Shown: piece after piece, positions 12,901 through 24,787 of the stretch | How the letters are laid out: every line of letters starts with the position of its first letter | How positions within the stretch are numbered: the first letter of the stretch is position 1 | Assembly: GCF_963676685.1 (NCBI RefSeq) | Contig: NC_092346.1 | Coordinates: 26,040,001 to 26,104,000, forward strand | Origin: Mytilus edulis | Lineage: Eukaryota | Direction: 5' to 3' | DNA length: 64,000 bases | Position numbers and translations under genes: made by a program | Notes under the pieces: model-generated | Database searches by the model: none | The model's input: only the letters and a program-made list of their open reading frames with translations | What the model was told of the DNA's origin: nothing

Positions 12901-15900
12901 TATAGGCATATTTTGATTGAAAGAGCAAAAATAATTATATCATATAATTGTGAAACTTTCAAGTCAAATAGACAAACTGATCGGTCTGCTTTAAAACGAA
13001 TTATTAATAAAGAATCCTTTTGTTTGTAAGTTTGATGCAAGATTTTTTGTTTAAGTCTCAGAATATGATAAAGATTCTTTGATAGAAAGTCATTGAATTT
13101 TCATTTAAATATAGCGAAGTTTTTTTAAGATGCTTGGGGAGCAATTTGAATGGAGAGAACATAATTTTATTAATAAAACCTCTTCATTCTATACATTCAT
13201 TGCCAAAGGGAAGCTTGTTTGAATCTAACCAATTTTACACAGTTCTCAAACGAGAGCTTACTTTAGAAGTATATTTATATTCGGTTATAGCTATATTAGC
13301 AGGGTTTGTGGCACCGTTAAAGTCCACAATTCCTCTAGGGTTGATTTTTTTCTTCGGTATAACCTCCATTTACTCAATTGTCTTTGTTATATATATTCTA
13401 GTAGTTACATTGATATAGTTTTCGGGGGCCTTTATAGTTTGCTGTTCGGTGTGAGCCAATGCTCCGTGTTGGAAACCGTACTTTGGCCTATGATGGTTTA
13501 CTTTTACGAATAGTGACTTAGATGGAGAGTTTTCTAATTGCCACTCATACCACATCTTCTTATATTGTTCTGCTCATTATTAGTCAATGATATGTTCTAA
13601 TTACTCAAGCATTTTACTTTACAATGACTACAAAGGTGATAAATTTTAGTATATGCAGCCTCCTGTATAGATAACTCCTGTTTCCTTTGAATCTTAAATA
13701 ACAAATAAGATAAAACAAACATTTACAATATAAAGCAAAGATAGGAAGGAAAATAAAAAAAAAATGTGTGGCGCTAATACGCTTCCGTAGATATAGTACT
13801 GTCTGTTTTTGTAATATTTTCTTTTCTAGGCACACATATGGTAAAACAAAAGTTTTGGAAGACGGATCAGTAGGTGGACTGCAAGTTTACATGATATCTA
13901 CAGACCTAATACGCTTCCGTAGATATAGAACTGTCTGTTTTTGTAATATTTTCTTTTCTAGGCACACATATGGTAAAACAAAAGTTTTGGAAGACGGATC
14001 AGTAGGTGGACTGCAAGTTTACATGATATCTACAGACCTACCTCCAAATGGAACGGTTGTTGTCAAAAAAGGACAAAAGTCTTCTTATTTATTTTTAACT
14101 TCCATAGACACTGAAAAGGGTCCAGCACTGAATGCGTTCAATAAAGGTAATGTTTCTTTATAAGGCACTTTTATATAGTACTAAACATACTGGCATTCTT
14201 ATGCATGTAAGTATTTGTTGAAATGAAAATATTGTATATTTAAGAAAATTAAATTTACACTCGTAACTAATATTCTACGCCCTGATACTTAAAAAAACTC
14301 TAAATTATTACCTTTTATGCACTCCATGTTAATGTATAATGATTTTCCTAAGTTGATTGTTTAACCTTTTAGTTTTAGTTTTGTTGTTTCATTTTTATCA
14401 TCACTTTAAGTGTAGGTTTTCGATCACTTCTCTATTTAAACCTTTTATTGCATTTGCTCTCGTTTTATCTTTTAAATTCCTAGGTGTTTCTGAGTACTTT
14501 AATGATGTACTAGAAGACCAACATATCAAAGCGTGGAGAAACATTTGGGCCAATGGAAGAGTAGACATAATTGGTGATCCAGAGACTGCCAAAGTAACCT
14601 ATGCTGCATACTACTACATTATAAGTTCTATCCCTATTACTAACGATAGCGACTTATCGTTTGTCGGCCTTTCACCAGGAGATCTTGCCCATGGGTCCTA
14701 TTATAAGGCAAGTATTACCATATCAGAATAAGGCAAGTATTTATTAGTTAAAAAAATGAAAATAACATGTTATACATTTCATGCGTCCGAAACACTTTTT
14801 TAGATTTACCTACTTGAGCACCGCTCAAAGCCGAATATTTGAAAGCCAAGGAAGTAGAAGAACCTAAACAGCTGAAGAACTTTATAACCAAAAAGGACCT
14901 TAAACCTTTATATCAATTTTATTCGGGAAATCAGTAAATTGAACTGACTCGAATATTTATTTGTTTTAGTATTCAAAAAATATTGCCCGAATAAAAAGAG
15001 ATTTGCAAAAATTAGCTGGTATTGGTACAACTGATTTTCAAAAACTACAAGAGAAATAAGTTGCATATGTTTTTATCATTTGACTTGAACTCTTACACAT
15101 ACAATGCTGTGCGATAGCGACTAACGCCTTTCAACATTGTTTTGTTTTAAGGATTACCAGGGTCATGTATTCTGGGACCAAGAAACTTGGATGTACCCTC
15201 CTATACAAGTTCTACACTCTGATTTCGGTAAAACATTGCTGAAATCTAGAATACGGACGCTTGATTCGGCTAAACAATTAGCCAAGCAAAAAGGATATAA
15301 AGGTGTTATGTATCCATGGGAAAGTGCATACACAGGTAAGTCAATCACAATATTTCGTATTTAGAGAACACTGTCAGTTTTTTGTCAGCTTATGTGAATA
15401 TTAATGGAGGAACTAAAAAATGGAAACCAATAATGTATACAAGTCTTGAAGAGGAGTTCAAGCAAAAAAAGTCCCGTCAGTTGCCGACTACAATATTGAC
15501 AGATTTGTTTTAATAAAATGCACTTTACTTTTTTTTTAATTATAGATGATCAATTTTATATTCAGATTTTGTCCGTTTAAAAATCATTCTCTTCGATAAA
15601 AAGCACACAATTCAATATAATAATGTACATTTTAATAAAAAAAAAAAAACATTCCTTTATAGGGTTTGAAACGTCACCATCAGACGAAACAGCAGACTAT
15701 GAACATCATATTACAGGAGACATATCTCAGGCTTTCTATTTCTATCTGACAATGACGAATGATACAGATTTTATGACTGCAGGAAGAGGATCTGAAGTCA
15801 TAAACAGTATAGCCGATTTCTGGGAATCACGGGTGACTCTAGACAAAGATACTGGTCTCTACCATATAAACGGTACTATCATAGATTTTTGTTTATATTG

Positions 15901-18900
15901 TTTCAAAAGTAGAACTACTAAGTCAGATGTAATTTTGAATTTTAAATTCATGCAACCAATTTTGGAAGTTTACTGAAAAAAAATTGAAAGATTAAGAGAT
16001 AGTATTCCACTGGACACGTGATTCCCAAATCACGGCAGAATTTGGCAAAACCTTCTTTATGATGGAAATAACGTACCTGTACTTCTCAATGTAAATGGAT
16101 AAACATGGGTATAAAAATTGTCTAAGTAGCAAAAAGAAAAAAGAAGAAAGAACCAAGTTTGTCGATACTATAAACAAACTGCTTGTGTGCATTTTTCATT
16201 TTTTTTAGTTTATAAGAGCAAATTCACATTATTTATTTACATAGAAGTATTGGCGATTCAAAAAAATGACCTAATGTGCTGTTCCGGTTTGTAAGTCAAC
16301 CGAAAATGCCGTCAACAGTGTTGTTGGTTGAAATATTACAAGAAGCGCACGAAATACTGGAAATACAATTTTTTGAGTCTAAAATTTATGGTCAAGAAAG
16401 AAAAAAAAAGTTATGCAGGCTTTTTCTTTTTGTAGGTGTAATGCCACCTGATGAGTATCACTGGCCAGTTAATGATTCTGCGTACACAAACTATGTTGCT
16501 AAAATCAGTTTAGAGGCGCCATACAAAATCCTATCTACACAACCAAAGAATAGCTATCAAAATATTGCTGACAATCTATTCATTCCATTTAACAATACGG
16601 GACAGTGGCATCCAGAATATGACAGTTATACAGAAGGTATACGTTTTGAGTTTATAGCAAAATTGATTAAGATATCATGCCTCGAGTGTAATTTCAAAAT
16701 TGTATTGTATTGTAAACTACCACTGGGTCAATAAATCCTTTCCAGGCTTTGGCTATACTTTGTAGTCTTTTATGGTTTACAGCTGTTCGTCTTCTTTATA
16801 AGCTTTAGATTTTCAAATATTTTGGCCTCCAGTATCATTGAAGAGACATTTTTTGTCGAAATGTGCATCTGGTGAAGAACAATTGGTACCGTTAATGTTA
16901 TTGTAGCAATAATTCATTTTTTGAAGGACCAATATTTCCATTTCTGGTATTATTGATCAAGTGGTTGGTTTTCACGGGATGTTTCTCCTTATCACTATTT
17001 CCAACACTACTTATTTGTCAAATTTGCTTTTACATATTTTTTATGGAACCTAGCGAATAATGCTGCAAATTTATCTTCATCATCCATCTTTTTTGTATGC
17101 CCCACCTACGATAGTAGAGGGGCATTATGTTTTCTGGTTATGTGGGGTATCCGTGTACTATGGACACATTATTGTTTATTGTTGTTTTGTAAATTGTAGA
17201 TGTCATTGTGAAACAAGCTGATGTTATTTTGTTGGGATATCCTTTAATGATGAATTTATCAAAAGAAGTACGAAGGAACGATCTTCTTCAATACGAAAGG
17301 GTAAAAAACGTTATCTTAAATATGTACAATACGACCTATATATATTCGGTACTTATACATCCTCGACTTTCAATATTTGGATTTGAGCGCTCCTATTGAG
17401 GGTAAATTCAGAAAAGGGTTTCGGATACATGAATATAGAACGTGTTGTTTTCATTTCTTTAGTAGTAATTTTACCATTTTCTTTTAAATTGACTTCAAAA
17501 TTAAATTTATTGTCTTTATTTTATACAGGAATGCATCTTGGCGGATTGTTGGCATGTACTACTTGTACATCAATGATACAAAACAAATAAAGTGAAAGTG
17601 AATATACATACAGGTGTTGCGAACTATACAATTAACGAGCCTGTTTTCGCATTGGAGTTGTTTGCTATGAACTTCTTATTAATTAAGAGTTCATGCATAA
17701 ATAATATTCTTGTCAGTGTAACTTTTGAATTTTATGTATACAGTTCTTTAAAACCAACGAATTAACTAGGCGGAGAAAACACTCTGAGTCTCAAACATAC
17801 TAACACTCAACACTAATAAGACAATTACTATCCACACTGATCTGTGTCCACACTTTATAATTTTACAATATGTATTATTTTCAATTTCTAGACTTAAAGT
17901 TTGGTTTTATTAAATAGGACTTTAACATATTTTCATCCTCAGCCAAATTATTTTAAGAAACAGATTATCATATTGTTATAAATAATCATGATAATAGTAC
18001 TATGTGTATTCAGTAGACAAACAATTTTAATCTGTCAAGGTTACACCTGGAGGACCAGCGATGACTTGGGGTATGTTTGCTATCGGATGGCTGGAACTTA
18101 ATCAGTTGGATAAGGCAAATGCCTTATTTGCTAGACAATTCGACAATGTTAGAGAACCATTTTATGTAAGTGTAACGATAGTTGTAATAGAGATGGTATA
18201 AATAGTTCAAGTTCAAGAGAAGATTAAAGTCAGTGGAAGTGGATCTAGTTTTGGAAAAAAAAAGAACCAAGGTCAAAAATTGAATCAATTTTGGAAGAAA
18301 AAATTACCAAGGTCAAAAAAGAGATCAGTTTTGGAAGAAAAAACTACCAAGGTCAAACATGAATTCAAAGATACATGCTTTCAACAAGATAAAGCATGGA
18401 CACACTACTTATCCCTTTCAAAACGCATGAGTTCGTCTACTTTTGTTTTGGGGTTCAAATAAGCAAATTGTTAGTGTCTTTTATATACAATGCACCTTTT
18501 CTTTTCATAGATTTTTTTTTAATTAAATTTTTCCATGTTTTTTTTCTTCCTATAATCTATTTCCGTTTTTTTTTTTTGAGAAACATACTTTTTAATTCCG
18601 TGAAAACATTTATTAACGCATAAAAGAAGGATTAACTTATTTACCGAAATAGCAGAACAGCTGAATTAGGTCATATGGACTGTATATCTCATTATGTTGA
18701 TACTCCTTATTTGGTAATTTGTCTTTGATATCATTTAAAAATTAAATTCATATTTATGACTTTTTTCATAATCTTTTTCCTTGCCTTTTTTAAGACATGG
18801 TCAGAGAATGCACATGGTCCTGGTGCACACAATTTCATCACTGGAATGGGAGGTTACCTACAATCTGTACTCTTTGGATATGGTGGACTCAGGGTATATG

Positions 18901-19148
18901 ATGATAAATTGACGATTAATGGTGCGCTTCCTTTGACCGCTACTTATATGAAAATCATAGGCATCGATTATCTTGGAGGAAGTTTGAACTTACTTTTTTC
19001 CAAATCATTATTGTATATCACGTTAACAAAGAAAGCGATGACGACTTTAAAATGTGAAGATGAATCGACCGGGTATAGTATTCCGTTGTCACTTGGAATT
19101 CCATTAACATATAAGCTTAGTACAACAATTTCTGTAAGCCCAGCTTAG
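9964..19148 (+). CDS. PGGHG: Protein-glucosylgalactosylhydroxylysine glucosidase (acid trehalase-like, GH65), ~751 aa
   Basis: Exons: 9964-9984 (tentative), 10146-10384, 11077-11285, 11842-12043, 13962-14146 (alternative acceptor 13830), 14484-14707 (GC donor), 15152-15335, 15663-15872, 16436-16636, 17200-17300, 18040-18165, 18795-19148; phases consistent, 2256 nt. GH65/PGGHG motifs: GLSPG, YQGHVFWDQETW, YPWESAYTG, EHHITGDI, GVMPPDEY, VKQADVILLGYP, GPAMTW, WSE, NFITGMGGYLQ. Confidence 0.92.
12545..13797. mobile_element. TIR element in PGGHG intron 4
   Basis: TACGGAAGCGTATTAGCGCCACACATTTTTTTTT..TTCCTATCTTTGC (12549-12603) is inverted at 13736-13789, with further inverted similarity inwards; 20-bp palindromic subrepeats TTTGCGATATAACGCAAAC(A) at 12599-12678. 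Confidence 0.75.
13774..14040 (+). repeat. 132-bp tandem duplication spanning the intron 4/exon 5 boundary of PGGHG
   Basis: 13774-13908 repeats at 13906-14040 with one mismatch; CTA microhomology at the junction. Confidence 0.95.
16833..16874 (+). ncRNA. Hammerhead-like motif of a third family (C3-to-U core change, probably inactive)
   Basis: UAUCA UUGAAGA GACA uuuuu UGUC GAAA U gugc A UC UGGUG; all three stems pair. Confidence 0.6.
18242..18357 (+). repeat. Three degenerate ~38-40-bp tandem units
   Basis: TTTTGGAA(G)AAAAAA..ACCAAGGTCAAA three times in the last PGGHG intron. Confidence 0.7.
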
Positions 19149-20507
19149 AATTTAATTCGTTTATATACTAGTATATTGTAATTGTCAGACAAAAATATCG
19201 GTATCATAAGAAATATGTAGAGTTTTTGTTGTTAAAATGTATTTATTTAAATCCATACCAAATGCTTTTTTAAGTATTCATATTTGTAATTGCTTGTTAT
19301 TTTGTTATTTGGCTTGAAATACAAAGAGGTATGGCTACTGTTACTCTGTATTTATTTCATACCAGTGACATTTTTAAAAAGTCATCCAATCTTGACTTAA
19401 ATTTACAGTAAAACAGCCCATGTTTGTACTTTACATTTTTTATCCGAATATGGCTTATTTCCTATCAAATCACCAGCTTGACAGATTTTGATTATCAAAA
19501 AAATGTACAATAATTACATCGTTAACTTTAACCAAATTATGCTATCATGTATTGATTTTCGTATACAAATTAATTACTTCCTTTTGTTAGCGACGTTTTT
19601 AAGAGAATTTTTTTGACAAAAAATATAAAAGTATTCTTTTTTGTATCAAAAGCCTTCCGAAACAACATGTAGCACTTTATAGCATTGGGGCTTTATTGAA
19701 ATATATTTAATTGATGTTGATCCTTGTAGTGTTACAACCACCGGAGAGATTTATCCTTCCTAATAAATAATAAATGAGCGCAAAGAATGGAACACACTGT
19801 GTTGCAAATAATGCTATCCTTTATTTTTGTTCTCCACAGAATAAACTTCATTTCACCATTCATCAAGTCTCAATATTCAATTACATCAATTCAAGGCCGG
19901 GCAAAAGATAACCCTTTGATTTTGTTAAAATGAGTATATAGCCGTCGAGTGACTTGCATGACGTATCTTATTGCAATTCCTTAATGTGGTTATTTGAGAA
20001 ATAGTTATAGTTTTAAATACGTTCTATATGGGTTTCTGCTGAATAAAGATGGAAATTCCCAAAATTGAGATTTTGAAAGGTGCATTCAATAACTACATAC
20101 ACAGCCAGTTTGTTTTTAAACAATCTATGAGATTACAAGAGCAGAACAAGTCCTGACTTGCTAAAGGAGAAGAAAAACTTATTTTTACTGATGTACATTT
20201 GTCCTTGATTTTAATAGTTATATCGTCCTAAAGATTGTACCCAAAACATATCTCTAAGTACATCGCATGTGGATAACGATATTTTGATCACTCATGTTCT
20301 TCAATGGATAACAAATGTGTCCTGAAGATTATTTCTCAATTTGGGTTGAAATGTTTCTGTCGCCAAGCAAGCGACTAACCCATCATTTTGCTCTGGATTC
20401 TACCCAGATAAGTAGAAAAATCAGTCAAGGGTGTACAGATAAGATAGATCTGAAATATATACATAATTCTCAGTTCCCTTACCTGTTTTGACCAAACTAT
20501 CTCCATC

Positions 20508-23500
20508 ATGAAAGTCTTCATTGCCATTTGCTGTTTGGTGGCTGTGTTTGGGCAGGAGCCACCGCCATGTGGTAAGTTTTTATTGCATTAATTTTTATAA
20601 TAAGATATTAAATTGATAAATTTTCCAAAACAAAACTGTCCCAAAAAAACTGAAACCTCCATTGTCGGGCACACGCAGGGGCCAGGCCAAATAGAGCTGT
20701 CCTATGGATTCAAGCCTGTCTGAATCAAAACCACATTAAAAATATGACCAATCAACCATCAACGTAAATATCAGTCATTGCTGAGACATTTTGACTTCAT
20801 TATCTACAATACTAAAATATTCGATTGTATATGTATAGTGGCTGTTTTTACTTTACTATTACGTTACGAATCTATTACACCGTCCAACTTTCGAATAACT
20901 AATCGTAAAACACATCGTAATCCTTGTTGTAAAAGTTATTTAGTCACCAGGAAATATGACGAAAAAAAATCACTTTATGACATTGGGAATTTGGTATATG
21001 CAATAATGAATTTAATATCCTGAGCATATGTACTGTGGAGTAGGGAAATAACTGTTAAAGTTTGTCTTCTAAAAAATATAATACAAGCATTGCGACCACC
21101 TTCGCCGACGGAATACAAAACGCATTGCAGTTCCACAAAACATTAGAATTAAAACCAAAGGCAGAGCCATATGAACCACATTCACTTGCAAATTTCAGAA
21201 TTTTCAGCACTTGTTTAAAAGGTTGTGAATTCATGGTTAATAATGTAATATAAAAGTTGGACATAGCTGTATCGTTTTAGTAAATTTTCTATTTCATAGT
21301 ATGTGTAGTGTCAGAAAAATTATTGTTATAGTTATAGTGTCATTTCTCTACAAAACATATTTTTTTATTCGCATTCCAGAATCACCAAAACAATGGGAAG
21401 GCCGACGTGTGGCGGTAAGTAGGCAATGAAATTACTAATCACAATTTGATAGGGCCTTCTCGTACGTCGTACGTCTTTAAAAACAACAAAAAATACAACT
21501 CACCATTAAGTCATATTCTTCTAAAGATAAAAGGTGGTACAGCTAACAGCAACATAATTATCTGATAAAAACCTTCATATAAGCTTTCCATCACTCCTAC
21601 TTTTATAGAACACAACAAAAATCATAGTGTCATAAAAGACAATATAAAACGGATTCGAAAGGTACCAAAAAGGACATGCAAACTCATAAGTCGGAAATAA
21701 ACTGACAACGCCATTGGAAAAACAAAACCGAAAAAGACCAAGAGACAACAGTATACAAAACACAACATAGAAAATCAAAGATTGAGCTTCACGAACCAAA
21801 CAAAAAACTAGGGTTGCTCTATAAAATAAAGCCATTTTAAGGATGCTCTATAAAATAAAGCCATTTTAAGGATGCTCTATAAAATAAAGCCATTTTAAGG
21901 ATGCTCTATAAAATAAAGCCATTTTAAGGATGCTCTATAAAATAAAGCCATTTTAAGGATGCTCTATAAAATGAAGCCATTTTAAGGATGCTCTATAAAA
22001 TAAAGCCATTTTAAGGATGCTCTATAAAATAAAGCCATTTTAAGGATGCTCTATAAAATAAAGCCATTTTAAGGATGCTCTATAAAATAAAGCCATTTTA
22101 AGGATGCTCAAATCTCACATAAATCCTCTAACAACATATAAATCAAGGTAAATGACTGTAACTCCAATGCCAGAGAAACCGGATGCTTTGACAGAACAGC
22201 TTTTCGTATGCAGCCATCACTTGCCATATGGATCCGCAGTCAGTTACAAAAGTCTCATCCAAAAAAATGACACATTCAAAAAAATCAAACATATTAAGCT
22301 TAATGTATATATGATTCAGAAAGTCAGACGAGCGTTTCTTCTACATAAGACTCGTAAGTGTTGCTAAAACCAAAGCAGGCGACAAGCAATTCAAAAAAGA
22401 GGTATCTTCTATTGTTATTAATACTTAATGTTCAATATAACTATAATCCAATTTCTGATTTTAATTGTTGTCATTCAAAATCTAATTCAGTATGACAGGT
22501 CTAAAATGTTTGAGGAAAGATCAAAGGTCAGCTACGATGAAACAAACGAAAGAGTGAGGATTATAGAAGAAGTAGAAATTGGTCAGGACAGAGACTACTA
22601 CGATGTTCTATACCTCCATAACATTGTGAGTAAATTGGCGAAGACAGAGATATAGTTACTATATTCTTTACATCCATAACATGTTAAGTAAATAAGGACA
22701 CAGAGATTACGACGATGGTCTATACCTCCACAAGTAAGAAAATTGATGAAATCGGAGATTACCTAAACGTTCTTCGCCTTTTAAACATTTTAATTAAAAT
22801 GCTAGAGCATGTACTACTACGATGTTTTATACCTTCAAGACATTGTTAGTAAATAATAGGCAACGATAGTAAACTGGTGTTAAAAGTCACCAAGATTATA
22901 CATTGGTACGCCAGACAACCTTCTATTATTCGTTTACATAAGACTCATGAATGCTGCTGGAATCAAAATACTTAAAAGGTTTAAATATTGACTTTTTCAG
23001 TGCTCTTCAACTTCGTTCTTCTAAGAACGCAGTCGAAGAGCACTGAAAACCAAACATTCATAAAAGTTGTGCCAAATATGATAAGTACAGTTTCATAAAT
23101 CTATTCTTATTCAAAAACCTGGATTTTATGTAACATTTCATTAGTTTAGATCGAAATTTTGCAAACATTTTGGAGAATGATTTCCAAGAACTGTTTGAAG
23201 ATAACTAGGGGAAATCAGCAACCGTAGGTATACTCGTTAGTATATATAAGTTCATATATAACATATTTACTATTGTCATAAATTTACAGTTTTAAAAATA
23301 ATGCATTGATATTTTTACAGGGAAAAGAATACAGATTAAATTTCAAAACGCGTCAATGTAATGTAACAGAACTGACAAGACCATTTAGACCTTTTGGAGT
23401 ACCTCCAGGGGCAGAGTTTGAAGGATCTGCAACTCTCGGGGTATCAGGTCTACCCGGAGAGTTTATTACCATAGAAAACTTTTCAGGAGATTTAATGCGT

Positions 23501-24165
23501 GAAAAGGCACGGTACTTTGGTCTTGTTACATCCCCTGACTGCTATCCTGTTCAAACCAACTTCATGAGCACCGACACCGGTTTAGTTACCATGTCGTAAG
23601 TATTTTTTGTTGACAAATGCTGTATTTTCATTTAAAGACATACTTTTAGTATTATTAATCCTGTTCCAAGTAATGATTTTTTATGTTTGTATTTGTGTTT
23701 AAAAAAAATGGGGATTGTCAATTGAAAAGAAAAATTTATTTTTACATGTTGATCCACCTAGTTCTTAGTTATGATCTTTAATTTTTGTATTGGCCTTGTT
23801 AAATGAAACTAATGGGAGATTGTTCATTAAAAAAACTTTTTTCATATGGAACACCTTTAAAATCTGAGGTTTAGCGTCCTTATTAAATGGCCCGGGAAAA
23901 AGTGTCGAGGAATCGAAGTAAGTTTACACACGTTAAGTATTATTTACCTCCTAATTGTATGGATTTACATTGGAGCGACTATTAACTTGATTTACTTTTC
24001 TTCTATTCCTTATTTTAGTTGTTATTTACTAATAAGTTCAAGTAAATCAAACTAAACTGAATTTTGTCTAATAGTATAAATTAACTTTCTTTTAGATTCT
24101 ATGACATCAACGTTGGAATCACAGATCCAAATGTCTTTATTCCACCTCCAGAATGCTTTAAATAA
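20508..24165 (+). CDS. Ependymin-related protein (EPDR/MERP family), paralog B; 5 coding exons, 192 aa, signal peptide
   Basis: Exons: 20508-20571, 21380-21414, 22491-22625, 23321-23595, 24096-24165; GT-AG, same intron positions and phases as paralog A, 579 nt. MKVFIAICCLVAVFGQEPPPCESPKQWEGR...CNVT...PDCYP...FYDINVGITDPNVFIPPPECFK. Confidence 0.93.
21815..22109 (+). repeat. 29-bp minisatellite, ~10 copies
   Basis: Unit TGCTCTATAAAATAAAGCCATTTTAAGGA, one substitution in the array; in EPDR-B intron 2. Confidence 0.95.
22880..23080 (-). mobile_element. Decayed retrozyme fragment with internal rearrangement
   Basis: TACGCCAGAC...TACATAAGACTCAT...GAAGAGCACTGA..AAAAGTTGTGCCAAATA resembles the 355-bp unit; another decayed core at ~22322-22365. 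Confidence 0.55.
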
Positions 24166-24592
24166 AGTTATAGAATATTACCACAATAGTTTACAGTGTA
24201 AAAAAAAAACTAAACGTTGCATATCTCATTTTTGAATGTGTGTCATGATAGTTTGCGTTACATTTTATAAATAAAAATAAATGTATACCCATAAGAGTAT
24301 CGTATGTGCGCAAAATACTGTAAGTTATGATTGTGAAAAAAAAACATCAATGAAGCAGATGGTCAGTTTCCTAATAAAGGTTGATTTTGTTTTTATTTGT
24401 TATCACTCATTTCATGTTCTTATTCGATATTTCAATAAGTTTGAGTATTTAACAGTTAAACAGGTTTTATTTACTTCTTATTTATTTCTTTTTCTTGTGT
24501 GTGTATTTTTTCTGAAGATCTGTTGTAGATTATGAATTGAAGTAAAATGGAATCCTAGGAAAAAAGAATAACAAAAATACCGAACTCCGAGG

Positions 24593-24787
24593 CTTACCCT
24601 TCCGGAGCACCTGAGATCACCCCTAGTTTTTGGTGGGGTTCGTGTTGTTTATTCTTTAGTTTTCTATGTTGTGTCATGTGTACTATTGTTTTTCTGTTTG
24701 TCTTTTTTCATTTTTAGCCATGGCGTTGTCAGTTTGTTTTAGATTTATGAGTTTGACTGTCCCTTTGGTATCTTTCGTCCCTCTTTT
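24593..24787 (+). repeat. Dispersed repeat (retroelement 3'-end-like), well-preserved copy
   Basis: CTTACCCTTCCGGAGCACCTGAG...GGTATCTTTCGTCCCTCTTTT; decayed inverted copy at ~21645-21814. Confidence 0.6.

Noticed and set aside
21815-22109. CRISPR-like 29-bp repeat array
   Set aside because: Units are directly adjacent with no spacers, there are no cas genes, and it lies in a eukaryotic intron: a minisatellite.
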